Of a DNA stretch of 64,000 nucleotides, positions 11,801-20,046 are shown piece after piece (position 1 is the first letter of the stretch; the number at the start of each line of letters is the position of its first letter). Origin of the DNA: an uncultured Lachnospiraceae bacterium. Lineage in GTDB: Bacteria > Bacillota > Clostridia > Lachnospirales > Lachnospiraceae. The DNA is taken from assembly GCA_910578885.1 (NCBI GenBank), contig CAJTSH010000012.1, positions 25,950 to 89,949 of the forward strand, written 5' to 3'. A model generated the notes under the pieces. That model was given only the letters and a program-made list of their open reading frames with translations. It was not told the DNA's origin and ran no database searches. A program made the position numbers and the translations under genes.

Positions 11801-11950
11801 CTGACCGCAGAGAAGCTGAATACATCTGTCTTAAAGGGCGGCGATACGCAGGAACAGCCGGAAGCGGGAACCAAAGAGTATGCGGTGCAGACTAAGACCC
11901 TGTATCATGTGGCAGAGAGCTTTATACGTTTGGTAAAATGTCTTGTATAG
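8870..11950 (+). CDS. Large acidic flagellar-associated protein (DUF6240-like, FliK-like C-terminus)
   Basis: 1026 aa with repeated LPVTEDNL / IPLTPENL-type motifs; C-terminal VDITFSTDRLGQVTARF resembles the FliK C-domain; lies directly upstream of flagellin. Confidence 0.65.
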   Translation: MKIENAVLPDILPKIGGAEKREEKELSSAGMQTTFTIDSAVRKNGIFKDAVYDKPKQDAETIMEDIASQAQEKDAVTMKNEMLFAVDTTSSEDAKRIEEDGFSLVDTKIETVVTETDKIKMQLAKAGVDISIFGDDLSKEQLEELAGNEAAAIQMAQEMAAMDLPVTEDNLEESIEGLEMAKELSAPTEGTIKYMLDNELEPTIENLYKAEYSGSSSYQKPGENVAYDGLEEQITSVIEEAGLAVTEDALADGRWLIDNEIPLTPENLAYMQDLKGLELPAEEQAVMEAMARAVAEGGRPKDGVLMEGYTLAEKAEAAAQTLEEVSDASLAWLVENDMELTIANLRKAEAAAAAGSAQGGAVSAEKELALLTAHRQLEEARLAMSAQANYSLLKQGISIDTKPLVELVDALREQENSYYQQMLAQEGIPTTEENIAVYRQTTETVEALKGVPAYTLGIPEADEADLEGLYEAGKELQESLKKAGESYETMMTAPRRDMGDSIQKAFANVDDILTDLGLETSPANERAVRILAYNRLEITEESVLQMKAKDEAVQRCFRNLTPSVVREMIKEGVNPLDMSIDELNRKAVEIKTELGTEEEERFSKYLWKLDQNKAIGEEERSAFLGIYRLITQVEKTDGAAIGALMEQGSEFTMRNLLTQVRSGKHGQKEYTVDDEFGGVASAKQGLSITEQIEKGYQADCVRDVLDYLTPDKLGGLMDDEGWLDLTPEQLAQKLAGVTAEKDTADTELEQAYINEKVADLEACKKAPEEVYQMLLDCDMPSTVQNVLAAYEMLENRNDAFRKFFQNHPAAKGNQAEELAEIKQQILEKFAESVKTPEEMAKAQEALADTAENVMKTMINESEDVTGLDIRQMKLLNTQIAIGTAQVKEEKYAIPVLVGDEITNISLKIVRGKEKKGLVDITFSTDRLGQVTARFSCEQSGVRGYVAAEREETTKLLEQNAEALADNISEEGEADIRYLTAEKLNTSVLKGGDTQEQPEAGTKEYAVQTKTLYHVAESFIRLVKCLV

Positions 11951-12004
11951 AAGGGATTTTAACAATCACAGCATGAATAGGAACCAAAGATTTGAAAAGA
12001 ATCT

Positions 12005-12031
12005 TAAGCGTCGGAGAAAAAGAGCCGATAT
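12005..12031 (+). promoter_or_regulatory. Sigma-28 promoter of flagellin
   Basis: TAAG-N15-GCCGATAT. Confidence 0.85.
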
Positions 12032-12065
12032 ATAGGATAATGAAAAGAAAGAACGAGGTATTTCC

Positions 12066-13769
12066 ATGAAAGTTAATTATAATATGTCAGCGATAATAAC
12101 CAATAATCAGCTTCTTCGGACGGAGAATAAGCTGTCGGCTGCAATGGAGAGGCTTTCATCCGGCTTCAAGCTTAACCATGCGAAGGATGATGCTGCGGGA
12201 ATGGCGATTTCCAATAAGATGCAGTTACAGATCGATGGACTGGATCAGGCGTCTCAAAATGCATCGAACGGAGCTTCCGTACTGCAGACTGCGGACGGAG
12301 CGCTGGATGAGGTGACAAGCCTTCTTCAGCGTATGAGAGAGTTGGCTGTTCAGGCGGCGAACGATACGAACACGCTGGATGAGAGAACATCCATTCAGGA
12401 AGAAATTGATTCCCTGCGGGAAGAAGTAGACCGTGTGTCAAAGGATACAGAGTTTAACAGCAAGACGCTGCTGGACGGAAGCTTGGATAACAGAGTATAT
12501 GGGAAGAATGTGACCAGACTTTCGGCGTCTGCTTATGTAGATTCGGGAATGTACAATCTGACAGTCGATGCACCTGCTGAAAAGTGCACAATGACTGCCG
12601 GAAATGCTGCGTTTACCGATATGACCGCAGAAATCGGTGTAGAGGGTGTGCTGTCTATCAACGGAGCTCTGATAGAGATTTCCGCAAAAGATACCTATGA
12701 AGATGTCTATGCGAAGATCCGCGATGGGGCAGAAGTCGGAGAAGCCGAGGCAAATATCACCGCAAACGGCGAACTGAGTATTACTACTGCAAAGTACGGT
12801 TCAAATGCACAGATTGAGGTTGCTGTAAGTAATGAAGATTTAGCAACAGCATTAGGGCTCGATACAAAAGAGCCAATCATGATTGGCGGGCAGTTGACAG
12901 CCGGAGCGGCTGTTGGTCCTGCAACAAATGCAATAGGTGAAACAGGAAGCGTGGTTGTGAATGGCGTTGCCGTTGAAATTGATGCGGCAGATACCTATGA
13001 GGACGTCATTGAAAAAATAAATGAGGCGCTTGAAGACAAGGAGATTCAGGTAGAAATGGCGGCAGGAGGAGAAATAAGCTTTTTGCCGGTGAAAAAAGAG
13101 AATGACGAGACATTAAGACTGGATGTCAGTGTTGCATTCAGCAGCGATGATTTGGCAGCGGCATTCGGTTTTTCATCCAAGGCGCCTACGGTTTTATCGG
13201 GTGTTGATGCGGAACTGACCTTGGGGAATGGATTTGGAGCCAGTGCGACCGTATCGGCAGATGGAAATAGAATCGTGATATCGGATAAGAGCGGATTTGA
13301 GTTCTCGTTTTTAATTAACGAGGGATTTCCGGCGGCAGGCGGAGACGGGGATCTTGAATTTGAAGTGACGGAGATTGGTGCAATGACGCTTCAGATTGGT
13401 GCGAATCAATATCAGACGATGGATATCAGACTTCCAAAGCTGGATGCTGAAATGTTGTATCTGGATCAAGTAGACGTTACAACGGTACGCGGCGGCGATA
13501 AGGCGATTGTTGAATTGGATAAGTCGCTTGACAAGCTGTTAAGTGTCCGCGCACAAATCGGTGCGTATGAGAACCGGTTGGATTATGCGGTTGCTTCTTT
13601 GGATCAGACGAGTGAAAATATGACGGCTGCCCTCGCTAGAATTAAGGATACGGACATGGCGGCAGAAATGTCGGAATTTACACAGCAGAATGTATTGGAG
13701 CAGGCGGCGATTTCCGTACTGACTCAGGCAAATGATCTGCCGCAGCAGACATTGCAGCTCCTGCAATAG
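12066..13769 (+). CDS. fliC: Flagellin
   Basis: MERLSSGFKLNHAKDDAAGMAIS, LQRMRELAVQAANDT, LQIGAN, RAQIGAYENRL, RIKDTDMAAEM. Confidence 0.95.
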   Translation: MKVNYNMSAIITNNQLLRTENKLSAAMERLSSGFKLNHAKDDAAGMAISNKMQLQIDGLDQASQNASNGASVLQTADGALDEVTSLLQRMRELAVQAANDTNTLDERTSIQEEIDSLREEVDRVSKDTEFNSKTLLDGSLDNRVYGKNVTRLSASAYVDSGMYNLTVDAPAEKCTMTAGNAAFTDMTAEIGVEGVLSINGALIEISAKDTYEDVYAKIRDGAEVGEAEANITANGELSITTAKYGSNAQIEVAVSNEDLATALGLDTKEPIMIGGQLTAGAAVGPATNAIGETGSVVVNGVAVEIDAADTYEDVIEKINEALEDKEIQVEMAAGGEISFLPVKKENDETLRLDVSVAFSSDDLAAAFGFSSKAPTVLSGVDAELTLGNGFGASATVSADGNRIVISDKSGFEFSFLINEGFPAAGGDGDLEFEVTEIGAMTLQIGANQYQTMDIRLPKLDAEMLYLDQVDVTTVRGGDKAIVELDKSLDKLLSVRAQIGAYENRLDYAVASLDQTSENMTAALARIKDTDMAAEMSEFTQQNVLEQAAISVLTQANDLPQQTLQLLQ

Positions 13770-13778
13770 AGGTAAAAT

Positions 13779-14255
13779 ATGGACGCAGAAAAGAAACGGG
13801 AATTTACCAGACGAATCAGCCAGAGCAACCGAAGTGAGCTGGTCGTAATTCAGTATGAAATATTTTATGCTTATATGGAGGATGCGAAAGCAGCACATGA
13901 GACCGGAGATTACGAGAGCTTTCGGGAGGCAATCCGTAAGGGAGACCGTGTGCTGGCGGAATTGTCAGAAACTCTTGATTTTCAATATGAGCTTGCCGGT
14001 CAGCTCTATGCGCTCTATGACTTTTCGAAAAGGGCGTTGATGCGGTGTATTGTCAAGAAGGAATGTCAGGGGATAGAGGATGCAAAAAAGGCTCTGGATC
14101 CGCTTTATGCCGCCTTTGTACAGGTGGCTGCGCAGGATACGTCAGAGCCCTTGATGCAAAATACCCAGCAGGTTTATGCGGGTATGACTTACGGAAAACA
14201 AAATTTAAAAGAGAGCTTTCAGGAGCCAGAAACTTCCAGAGGATTCTTTGCATAA
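13779..14255 (+). CDS. fliS: Flagellin export chaperone FliS-like protein
   Basis: ELSETLDFQYELAGQLYALYDF motif; immediately downstream of flagellin. Confidence 0.8.
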   Translation: MDAEKKREFTRRISQSNRSELVVIQYEIFYAYMEDAKAAHETGDYESFREAIRKGDRVLAELSETLDFQYELAGQLYALYDFSKRALMRCIVKKECQGIEDAKKALDPLYAAFVQVAAQDTSEPLMQNTQQVYAGMTYGKQNLKESFQEPETSRGFFA

Positions 14256-14473
14256 GAATCCTCTATTTGTTTGAGTCTGCCCAGCAGGAATTTGTACCGG
14301 AGCTGCATGGCATTCACCTCATAGATGTAAGAATCAATCAAGTCCGGGTCCACGACATTCTGGAAATTTGCATAGGCAGAATCCAGATTATTTTTTGTCT
14401 GTGTCAATTCTGCCAGTAGAACTGCATAATGTTCATCATAAGTTTTTGAACGTCTGATTATTTGAAACAACAA
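14219..14473 (-). CDS. yaaL: YaaL/DUF2508 family protein (TTG start inferred from RBS)
   Basis: AYANFQNVVDPDLIDSYIYEVNAMQLRYKFLL signature; adjacent to bofA. Confidence 0.8.
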   Translation of the reverse strand: MLFQIIRRSKTYDEHYAVLLAELTQTKNNLDSAYANFQNVVDPDLIDSYIYEVNAMQLRYKFLLGRLKQIEDSYAKNPLEVSGS

Positions 14474-14612
14474 TATCCCTACCTTCTTTTGGAGGAAAAA
14501 CCTCTTTTTACTAAGTATAATCATCACGAATCGATTCTATACAGAATTTGGAATATTTTTTTTCCAGAAGTATATATTTAATACGAAAAAAGAGTTAGGA
14601 CAGGAAAAACTT

Positions 14613-14885
14613 ATGAATAAAGAAATGGGAATTGTGGCAATATTTGTAATTTGTGTATTAGTATTGTTGATTGGAATGATGAAGCAGAGGGCACAGGTCT
14701 TGTTTCAATTTGTAATGCGGATTGTGGTAGGAGCGGCTGCAATTTATCTTACCAATCAAATGCTTTTGGCGAACAAGAGCAGTATTGCAGTTGGAATGAA
14801 TCCGTTCAGCCTGCTTACCGTCGGATTACTTGGAGCAGGGGGATACGGCTTATTGTATGGCATTATGATTTACAAGTCATTATAA
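14613..14885 (+). CDS. bofA: Pro-sigmaK processing inhibitor BofA family
   Basis: Small 3-TM protein with VGMNPFSLLTVGLLGAGG; next to yaaL. Confidence 0.75.
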   Translation: MNKEMGIVAIFVICVLVLLIGMMKQRAQVLFQFVMRIVVGAAAIYLTNQMLLANKSSIAVGMNPFSLLTVGLLGAGGYGLLYGIMIYKSL

Positions 14886-14929
14886 GTAGAGTATGGCGGT
14901 TTCTATTGACATTCATACATCGTTCATAC

Positions 14930-14987
14930 AAATTTTACAAAACTTTCCTGAAACGACATGGTCAAAAGAAAGAAATGGGTATATAAT
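14930..14987 (+). promoter_or_regulatory. Tad operon promoter candidate with conserved 38-bp upstream element
   Basis: TGGTCA-N17-TATAAT; 14930-14967 is 35/38 identical to 63264-63301. Confidence 0.65.
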
Positions 14988-15051
14988 GCTACTTACATAG
15001 AAAACAGATAAATGTACATACAATCAACGAAGGGGGTGAGGGGTTGGAATT

Positions 15052-15558
15052 ATGATACAAGAAGGATTACTGGTGCTGCTGTTTCTGGCAGCGGTCAGTG
15101 ATATAAGAACTTCGCGAATCAGTAACCGGCTGGTTTTGGCAGGACTTGGTATGGGGATTCTTTTTCGGCTATGGGAAGAAGGTCCTATTGGTGTTTTCAC
15201 ATTCTTTATTCATGTAACAGTTCCGATAATTGTCTTATTTATTTTATTTCTTATGCGTGTCCTAGGGGCAGGCGATATCAAATTATTTTCCGTTATTAGT
15301 GGTATATGTGGTTTTCGGGAGTGGATAGGCTGTGTGACAGCCGCTTTTATTATTGGTGCAATATTAGCAGTTGTACGAATGATTTATCAGAGAAATTTTA
15401 GTATGAGGATATTATGTTTGGGAATCTATATCAGAACAATTCTAACAGAGCGTAGTTTCTTTCCTTATCCGTTTGGGGCAAAGGAGCAGGAAAATACGAT
15501 TCATTTCTCCATAGCAATTCTTATAGGGTATCTTGTGAATCTGGGGGTGTGTCATTGA
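15052..15558 (+). CDS. cpaA: A24 prepilin peptidase (CpaA/TadV type)
   Basis: AAVSDIRTSRISN and LGAGDIKL aspartate motifs; multi-TM. Confidence 0.88.
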   Translation: MIQEGLLVLLFLAAVSDIRTSRISNRLVLAGLGMGILFRLWEEGPIGVFTFFIHVTVPIIVLFILFLMRVLGAGDIKLFSVISGICGFREWIGCVTAAFIIGAILAVVRMIYQRNFSMRILCLGIYIRTILTERSFFPYPFGAKEQENTIHFSIAILIGYLVNLGVCH

Positions 15559-16580
15559 AAAAAATCAATCTAACAATTATAGAAGAGGATGGAGAATATG
15601 CGCAGAATCTGGCGCTTGTGATCCGCAGAAAAGAAAAGGGCAAAATAGAGGTTGCTTGGTATACAGATATGGAACATTACAGGGAGAATCAGGGAAATCA
15701 CCGGGAAAATATAATTCTTATTGGGGAGGCGTTTCAGGAAATAAGTCTGTTACAATCCATGCAAAAAGAACGAGCGGACGTTGGACTGGTATTGCTTTCC
15801 ACAGATGGGGTGTCCAAAGAGCTTTTGGGTTATCCGATCATTGAGAAGTATAGATCGGTAGATCATATCATAAAGGGAATCTATCGGTGTGCTGCAGCGT
15901 TTGACAGTGAAGATGTGTACTGGCGAGAGAACCGGAAGCAAATGATAGGAATTTATGCGCCTTGGAATCAGGAGTTATCCATGCTGTTTGCGGAAGTGCT
16001 TTTACAGATTTTATCGGAAAGGCAGAAGGTATTATATGTAAGCCTACAGGAATGTATTGGGAGAAAGGGGAAAAGTGAGAAATGGGATGAAGAAAATCTT
16101 GCAGACTTTGTCAGTTTTTTAAGGCTGAAAAAGGGTGGAGTAAATGCGAGGTTAAAGAGTATTTGTAGTAGCTTGGGGAAGGGGAATTGTATCCCGTCTG
16201 TGGATAATCCTCAGAATTTATCAGACATGACAAGACAGGATTATCAGAATCTTTGGGAGGCGTTGGAGGAGCAGACGGAATATGAGAGGATTTTGTTGGA
16301 ATTTGGAGCGTCTTATCAGGGAAGCTGGGAAGATATGAAGCAGTGTGCTTCAATTTACTGTCCTTATCAGGAGGATACGTTACAGGAAAATCGGAGAACT
16401 CAAATAAAACATATTATTGAGCTGCACCACGCTGAGGATATCCTAAATAAGCTGCATTATGTGAAATTGCCGAGATTAGCATTTTATAGTGGAGCAGGAG
16501 AGCGGCGGGAAGGAGAGCTCACAGAAAGACTTCTTTGCAGTGAATTTGGGGATACCGTGAGAGGTTTGGCAGAATTATGA
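15549..16580 (+). CDS. CpaE/TadZ-like protein (degenerate receiver plus ParA/MinD-like domain)
   Basis: Position before tadA; IEKYRSVDHI, MIGIYAP and KVLYVSL motifs; no Walker A. Confidence 0.65.
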   Translation: MSLKKINLTIIEEDGEYAQNLALVIRRKEKGKIEVAWYTDMEHYRENQGNHRENIILIGEAFQEISLLQSMQKERADVGLVLLSTDGVSKELLGYPIIEKYRSVDHIIKGIYRCAAAFDSEDVYWRENRKQMIGIYAPWNQELSMLFAEVLLQILSERQKVLYVSLQECIGRKGKSEKWDEENLADFVSFLRLKKGGVNARLKSICSSLGKGNCIPSVDNPQNLSDMTRQDYQNLWEALEEQTEYERILLEFGASYQGSWEDMKQCASIYCPYQEDTLQENRRTQIKHIIELHHAEDILNKLHYVKLPRLAFYSGAGERREGELTERLLCSEFGDTVRGLAEL

Positions 16581-17830
16581 GTGAGGAACTGACAGTATTA
16601 CGGGAAGAGATTTTCGGGAAAATGGATATGTCCCGTGTGATAACAGATGGAGAATTGGAGGAATTGATAGAGCAGGCGTTGCTGCAAAGAAGCCGCAAAA
16701 GCGCGTTATCGCTTGATCAGCGGGAACAGTACCGGCGAGAGATTTTTAATTCCATGAGGAAGCTGGATGTCCTACAGGAGTTGTTGGAGAATGAGGAGGT
16801 AACAGAGGTAATGGTAAACGGGCAGAAGCATATCTTCTATGAGAAAGAGGGGACGCTGCAGGAATGGGATAAGCAGTTTACCTCGGAGGAGCGGCTGTCG
16901 GATGTAATTCAGCAGATGGTGGGGCGGAATAACAGGCGGGTCAACGCATCCACTCCAATTGCAGATACCAGATTGGCGGATGGTTCTAGAGTTAATATTG
17001 TGCTTGCGCCGGTGGCGGTGGATGGTTCCTGCATTTCTATCCGTAAATTTCCAAAAGAAGCACTCACTATGAAACGTCTGGTAGGGCTTGGCGCGTTAAC
17101 AGAAGAATTGGCGGAATATCTTGGATTTTTAGTAAGGAGCGGGTATAACATTTTTATTTCGGGAGGAACAGGAAGCGGAAAGACAACTTTTTTAAACGCA
17201 CTGTCCGGGTATATTCCGGAAGAAGAGCGTTTGATTACGATAGAGGATGCCGCCGAGCTCCAGATTATAGGAATCCCCAATTTGGTTCGCTTAGAGACCA
17301 GAAATAAAGGAAGCGAGGGAACAGAGGAAATCAGTATCCGGGATTTGATTCGGGCGGCGCTTCGCATGAGACCGGACAGAATAATTGTGGGAGAATGCAG
17401 AGGTGCGGAGACACTGGATATGCTGCAGGCAATGAACACCGGGCACGACGGAAGCCTAAGCACCGGACATGCCAATAGCGGCAGGGATATGCTGAACCGA
17501 TTGGAAACTATGGTGCTGCTTGGCATGGAGCTTCCGGTCGGGGCAATCCGGGGGCAGATTGCAGCGGGGATTGACATTTTGATTCACTTGGGAAGACTGA
17601 GGGACCGGAGCAGAAAGGTGTTGGAAGTCGCAGAGTTGGACGGTGTATCAGAGGGAGAAATACATTTGCGCCAATTGTGCAGTTTTGAGGAGACGGAAAG
17701 CAAAGAAAAGATTCGGGGAAAGTGGTGCATAAGGGAAAATCTTAAGCACAGAGAAAAGCTAAGGGCGGCAGGACTTGAACAGGAATTTGGACAGTTGGAG
17801 CAGAGGATGAGAAAGGAGGGAAAAGGCTGA
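16577..17830 (+). CDS. tadA: CpaF/TadA pilus assembly ATPase
   Basis: GGTGSGKTT, TIEDAAEL, ALRMRPDRIIVGECRG, AMNTGHDGSLSTGHAN. Confidence 0.96.
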   Translation: MSEELTVLREEIFGKMDMSRVITDGELEELIEQALLQRSRKSALSLDQREQYRREIFNSMRKLDVLQELLENEEVTEVMVNGQKHIFYEKEGTLQEWDKQFTSEERLSDVIQQMVGRNNRRVNASTPIADTRLADGSRVNIVLAPVAVDGSCISIRKFPKEALTMKRLVGLGALTEELAEYLGFLVRSGYNIFISGGTGSGKTTFLNALSGYIPEEERLITIEDAAELQIIGIPNLVRLETRNKGSEGTEEISIRDLIRAALRMRPDRIIVGECRGAETLDMLQAMNTGHDGSLSTGHANSGRDMLNRLETMVLLGMELPVGAIRGQIAAGIDILIHLGRLRDRSRKVLEVAELDGVSEGEIHLRQLCSFEETESKEKIRGKWCIRENLKHREKLRAAGLEQEFGQLEQRMRKEGKG

Positions 17831-17838
17831 AGAGGAAA

Positions 17839-18639
17839 GTGCAGGTGAAGTCAGGGAAAAGAATAGGAAAAAATGCACAGACATTACAAGAAATCAGAAG
17901 AAAGTACGACAGGTATCAATGGGGAAAAGGTGAATTATTAGGATATTTTCTGCTTTATATTGGTTTATCTATAGGGCTTGCATGGTTATTTTACCGGGAT
18001 ATCCGGGGAGCGGTTCCGATTGGTGGAATAGTTCTTCCGGTTGGTCTGAAGCGAAAAGACAGGGAATTGCTGGAGCGTCAAAAACAGCGGCTGACGGCAG
18101 AGTTTACAGATTGCATCCGTCTGGTGGCGGGCGGACTTGCGGCAGGCTATTCTATGGAAAATGCGTGGAAGAATGCAGAGCCGGATTTAGAAAAGCTGCA
18201 TGGAAGGGAGGCGGTTATGTGTGAGGAATTGCGGACATTGAATTATGGCGTGGCAGTCAATGAACCGATTGAGAAGCTGCTCTTAGATTTTGCAGACAGG
18301 AGCGGATTAGAGGATGTATTTAGTTTCTGTCAGGTGTTTTCTTTTGCGAAAAGAAGCGGAGGGAATCTGACAAAGATTATCGGCAATACAGTAAAGCAGA
18401 TCGGCGACAAGCGGGAGGTACTTCAGGAAATAGAAACTGTCATGTCGGCGAAAAAGCTGGAACAAAAAATCATGAATATCATTCCCCTGCTATTGCTTGC
18501 TTATGTAAGCGTTAGCTCGCCTGATTTTATTTCTCCGCTGTATCAGAATCTGTTCGGTCAGATCGTAATGAGTATTTGTCTGGCTGTTTATGGCTTGGCA
18601 TTCCTCTTATCGGAGAAAATCATTAGAATCGGGGTGTAA
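17839..18639 (+). CDS. tadB: TadB (T2SS F-domain) platform protein
   Basis: LAAGYSMENA and AKRSGGNL motifs; follows tadA. Confidence 0.85.
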   Translation: MQVKSGKRIGKNAQTLQEIRRKYDRYQWGKGELLGYFLLYIGLSIGLAWLFYRDIRGAVPIGGIVLPVGLKRKDRELLERQKQRLTAEFTDCIRLVAGGLAAGYSMENAWKNAEPDLEKLHGREAVMCEELRTLNYGVAVNEPIEKLLLDFADRSGLEDVFSFCQVFSFAKRSGGNLTKIIGNTVKQIGDKREVLQEIETVMSAKKLEQKIMNIIPLLLLAYVSVSSPDFISPLYQNLFGQIVMSICLAVYGLAFLLSEKIIRIGV

Positions 18640-18640
18640 A

Positions 18641-19861
18641 ATGAAGGTCAGATATTATGTTTTTATTGCTGTAATTACGTTGTTTCTAGCTGGCGTTTCT
18701 TTGTTGGAGGGAAGCGGAGAGGAAGAACTGGAGGAATCAAAAATACTGGTGCGCGGTGAGCCGGGAGAAGGAGACAAAGATGTTGAACTGGAACTTACAG
18801 TACCGGAACTTGAAGAGACAGTTACTTATCAGCTTTCGATAGCGGAACGAGAGTACAATGAGGATGAGAGGGAGAAATTGTTCGCACAGGCAGTCAAGGA
18901 AATAGAAGAGAGCTTTCCCGCAGAGGGAGAGACAATCAGCCGCATTACGAAACCCGTGCAGTTACTGTCCAGAGCACAAGATGGGCTCATCGAGGTGGAG
19001 TGGAGCTTTGGGGATACTGCAGTTATTTTGGAGGACGGAAGTATTGACGCCTCAAAGGTGGATGAAAAAGGAACATTGGTTCTGGTCTGTGCACAGCTTC
19101 ATTATAGGGATTATCTGTATATCTATGAATTTCCGGTTTGTGTTTATCCGGAGAGCTTGGATGGAATGGAACGATTAATGAAGAAATTGGGAAATTATTT
19201 TGAGGAGAAGGAGATACAGAATGTCAGGGAAGCCGAAGTGGAATTGCCGAAGGAGTTGGAGGGGCATGTTTTGAACTGGTCTTACAAAAAGTCCTATTCG
19301 ACGTTATGGATTTTGGGCTTGGGTGCGTTTGCAATGATCCTGATTCCTTGGTATATGCGGGAGAAGGAAGAGAAGCGGCGCCAGGAGAGGAAGGTGCAGT
19401 TGGAAATGGAGTATCCGGGAATGCTGGCGGAATTTTCACTTCTGCTCGGCGCAGGAATGACGGTAAGAATTGTTTGGGAAAAGTTGGTTTTATCCTATGA
19501 GGAAAAGCAAAAGCAGGGAAAAAGGAAAAAGAGTGAGGTTTTGGAACAGATGAAATTAACCTATCGTCAGATTCAGGATGGTGCAGGGGAGGTGAGCGCC
19601 TATGAGGGTTTTGCAAAACGTTGCGAAGCGGCGTGTTATCGAAGATTTACGATGCTGCTGACACAATATCTGCAAAAAGGAACAAAAGGATTGGCAGAGA
19701 CTTTGGAGCTGGAAGCTGCCCAAGCGTTTGAGAATAGAAAAAATCTTGCAAGACGGCGTGGAGAGGAAGCCGGAACCAAGCTGCTGCTGCCAATGATAAT
19801 GATGCTATTTGTAGTGATTGCCATTATGATGATACCGGCATGTATGACAATGGAACTATAG
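18641..19861 (+). CDS. tadC: TadC-like platform protein with large extracellular insertion
   Basis: LLLGAGMTV and RRGEEAGTKLLLPM motifs; ATG at 18641 directly follows the tadB stop. Confidence 0.82.
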   Translation: MKVRYYVFIAVITLFLAGVSLLEGSGEEELEESKILVRGEPGEGDKDVELELTVPELEETVTYQLSIAEREYNEDEREKLFAQAVKEIEESFPAEGETISRITKPVQLLSRAQDGLIEVEWSFGDTAVILEDGSIDASKVDEKGTLVLVCAQLHYRDYLYIYEFPVCVYPESLDGMERLMKKLGNYFEEKEIQNVREAEVELPKELEGHVLNWSYKKSYSTLWILGLGAFAMILIPWYMREKEEKRRQERKVQLEMEYPGMLAEFSLLLGAGMTVRIVWEKLVLSYEEKQKQGKRKKSEVLEQMKLTYRQIQDGAGEVSAYEGFAKRCEAACYRRFTMLLTQYLQKGTKGLAETLELEAAQAFENRKNLARRRGEEAGTKLLLPMIMMLFVVIAIMMIPACMTMEL

Positions 19862-19875
19862 GAAAGGAGTACAAA

Positions 19876-20043
19876 ATGAAAGAAATCAAACGTTTTTTGA
19901 AAGAAGAGGATGGGATGGCAGTAGTCGAGGTGGTCTTGATACTGGTGGTTCTGATTGGGCTTGTAGTTATTTTTAAATCACAGATTACTGCCCTGATCAA
20001 GAAGATATTAAAGAAAGTATCGACAGAAGCGGGTTCCATTTAA
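19876..20043 (+). CDS. flp: Flp1-like major pilin
   Basis: RBS aaggag; FLKEEDG^MAVVE (G-1, E+5) followed by a hydrophobic helix; 55 aa. Confidence 0.9.
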   Translation: MKEIKRFLKEEDGMAVVEVVLILVVLIGLVVIFKSQITALIKKILKKVSTEAGSI

Positions 20044-20046
20044 CTC

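Noticed and set aside
14651..14986. ORF sharing KFYKTFxKRHGQK with ORF 63132..63332
   Set aside because: The similarity is a translation of the shared 38-bp DNA element; this ORF overlaps bofA out of frame and the rest is unrelated
11950..15052. c-di-GMP riboswitch upstream of flagellin or the Tad operon
   Set aside because: No GEMM-I or GEMM-II consensus was recognisable by eye; an Infernal search would be decisive
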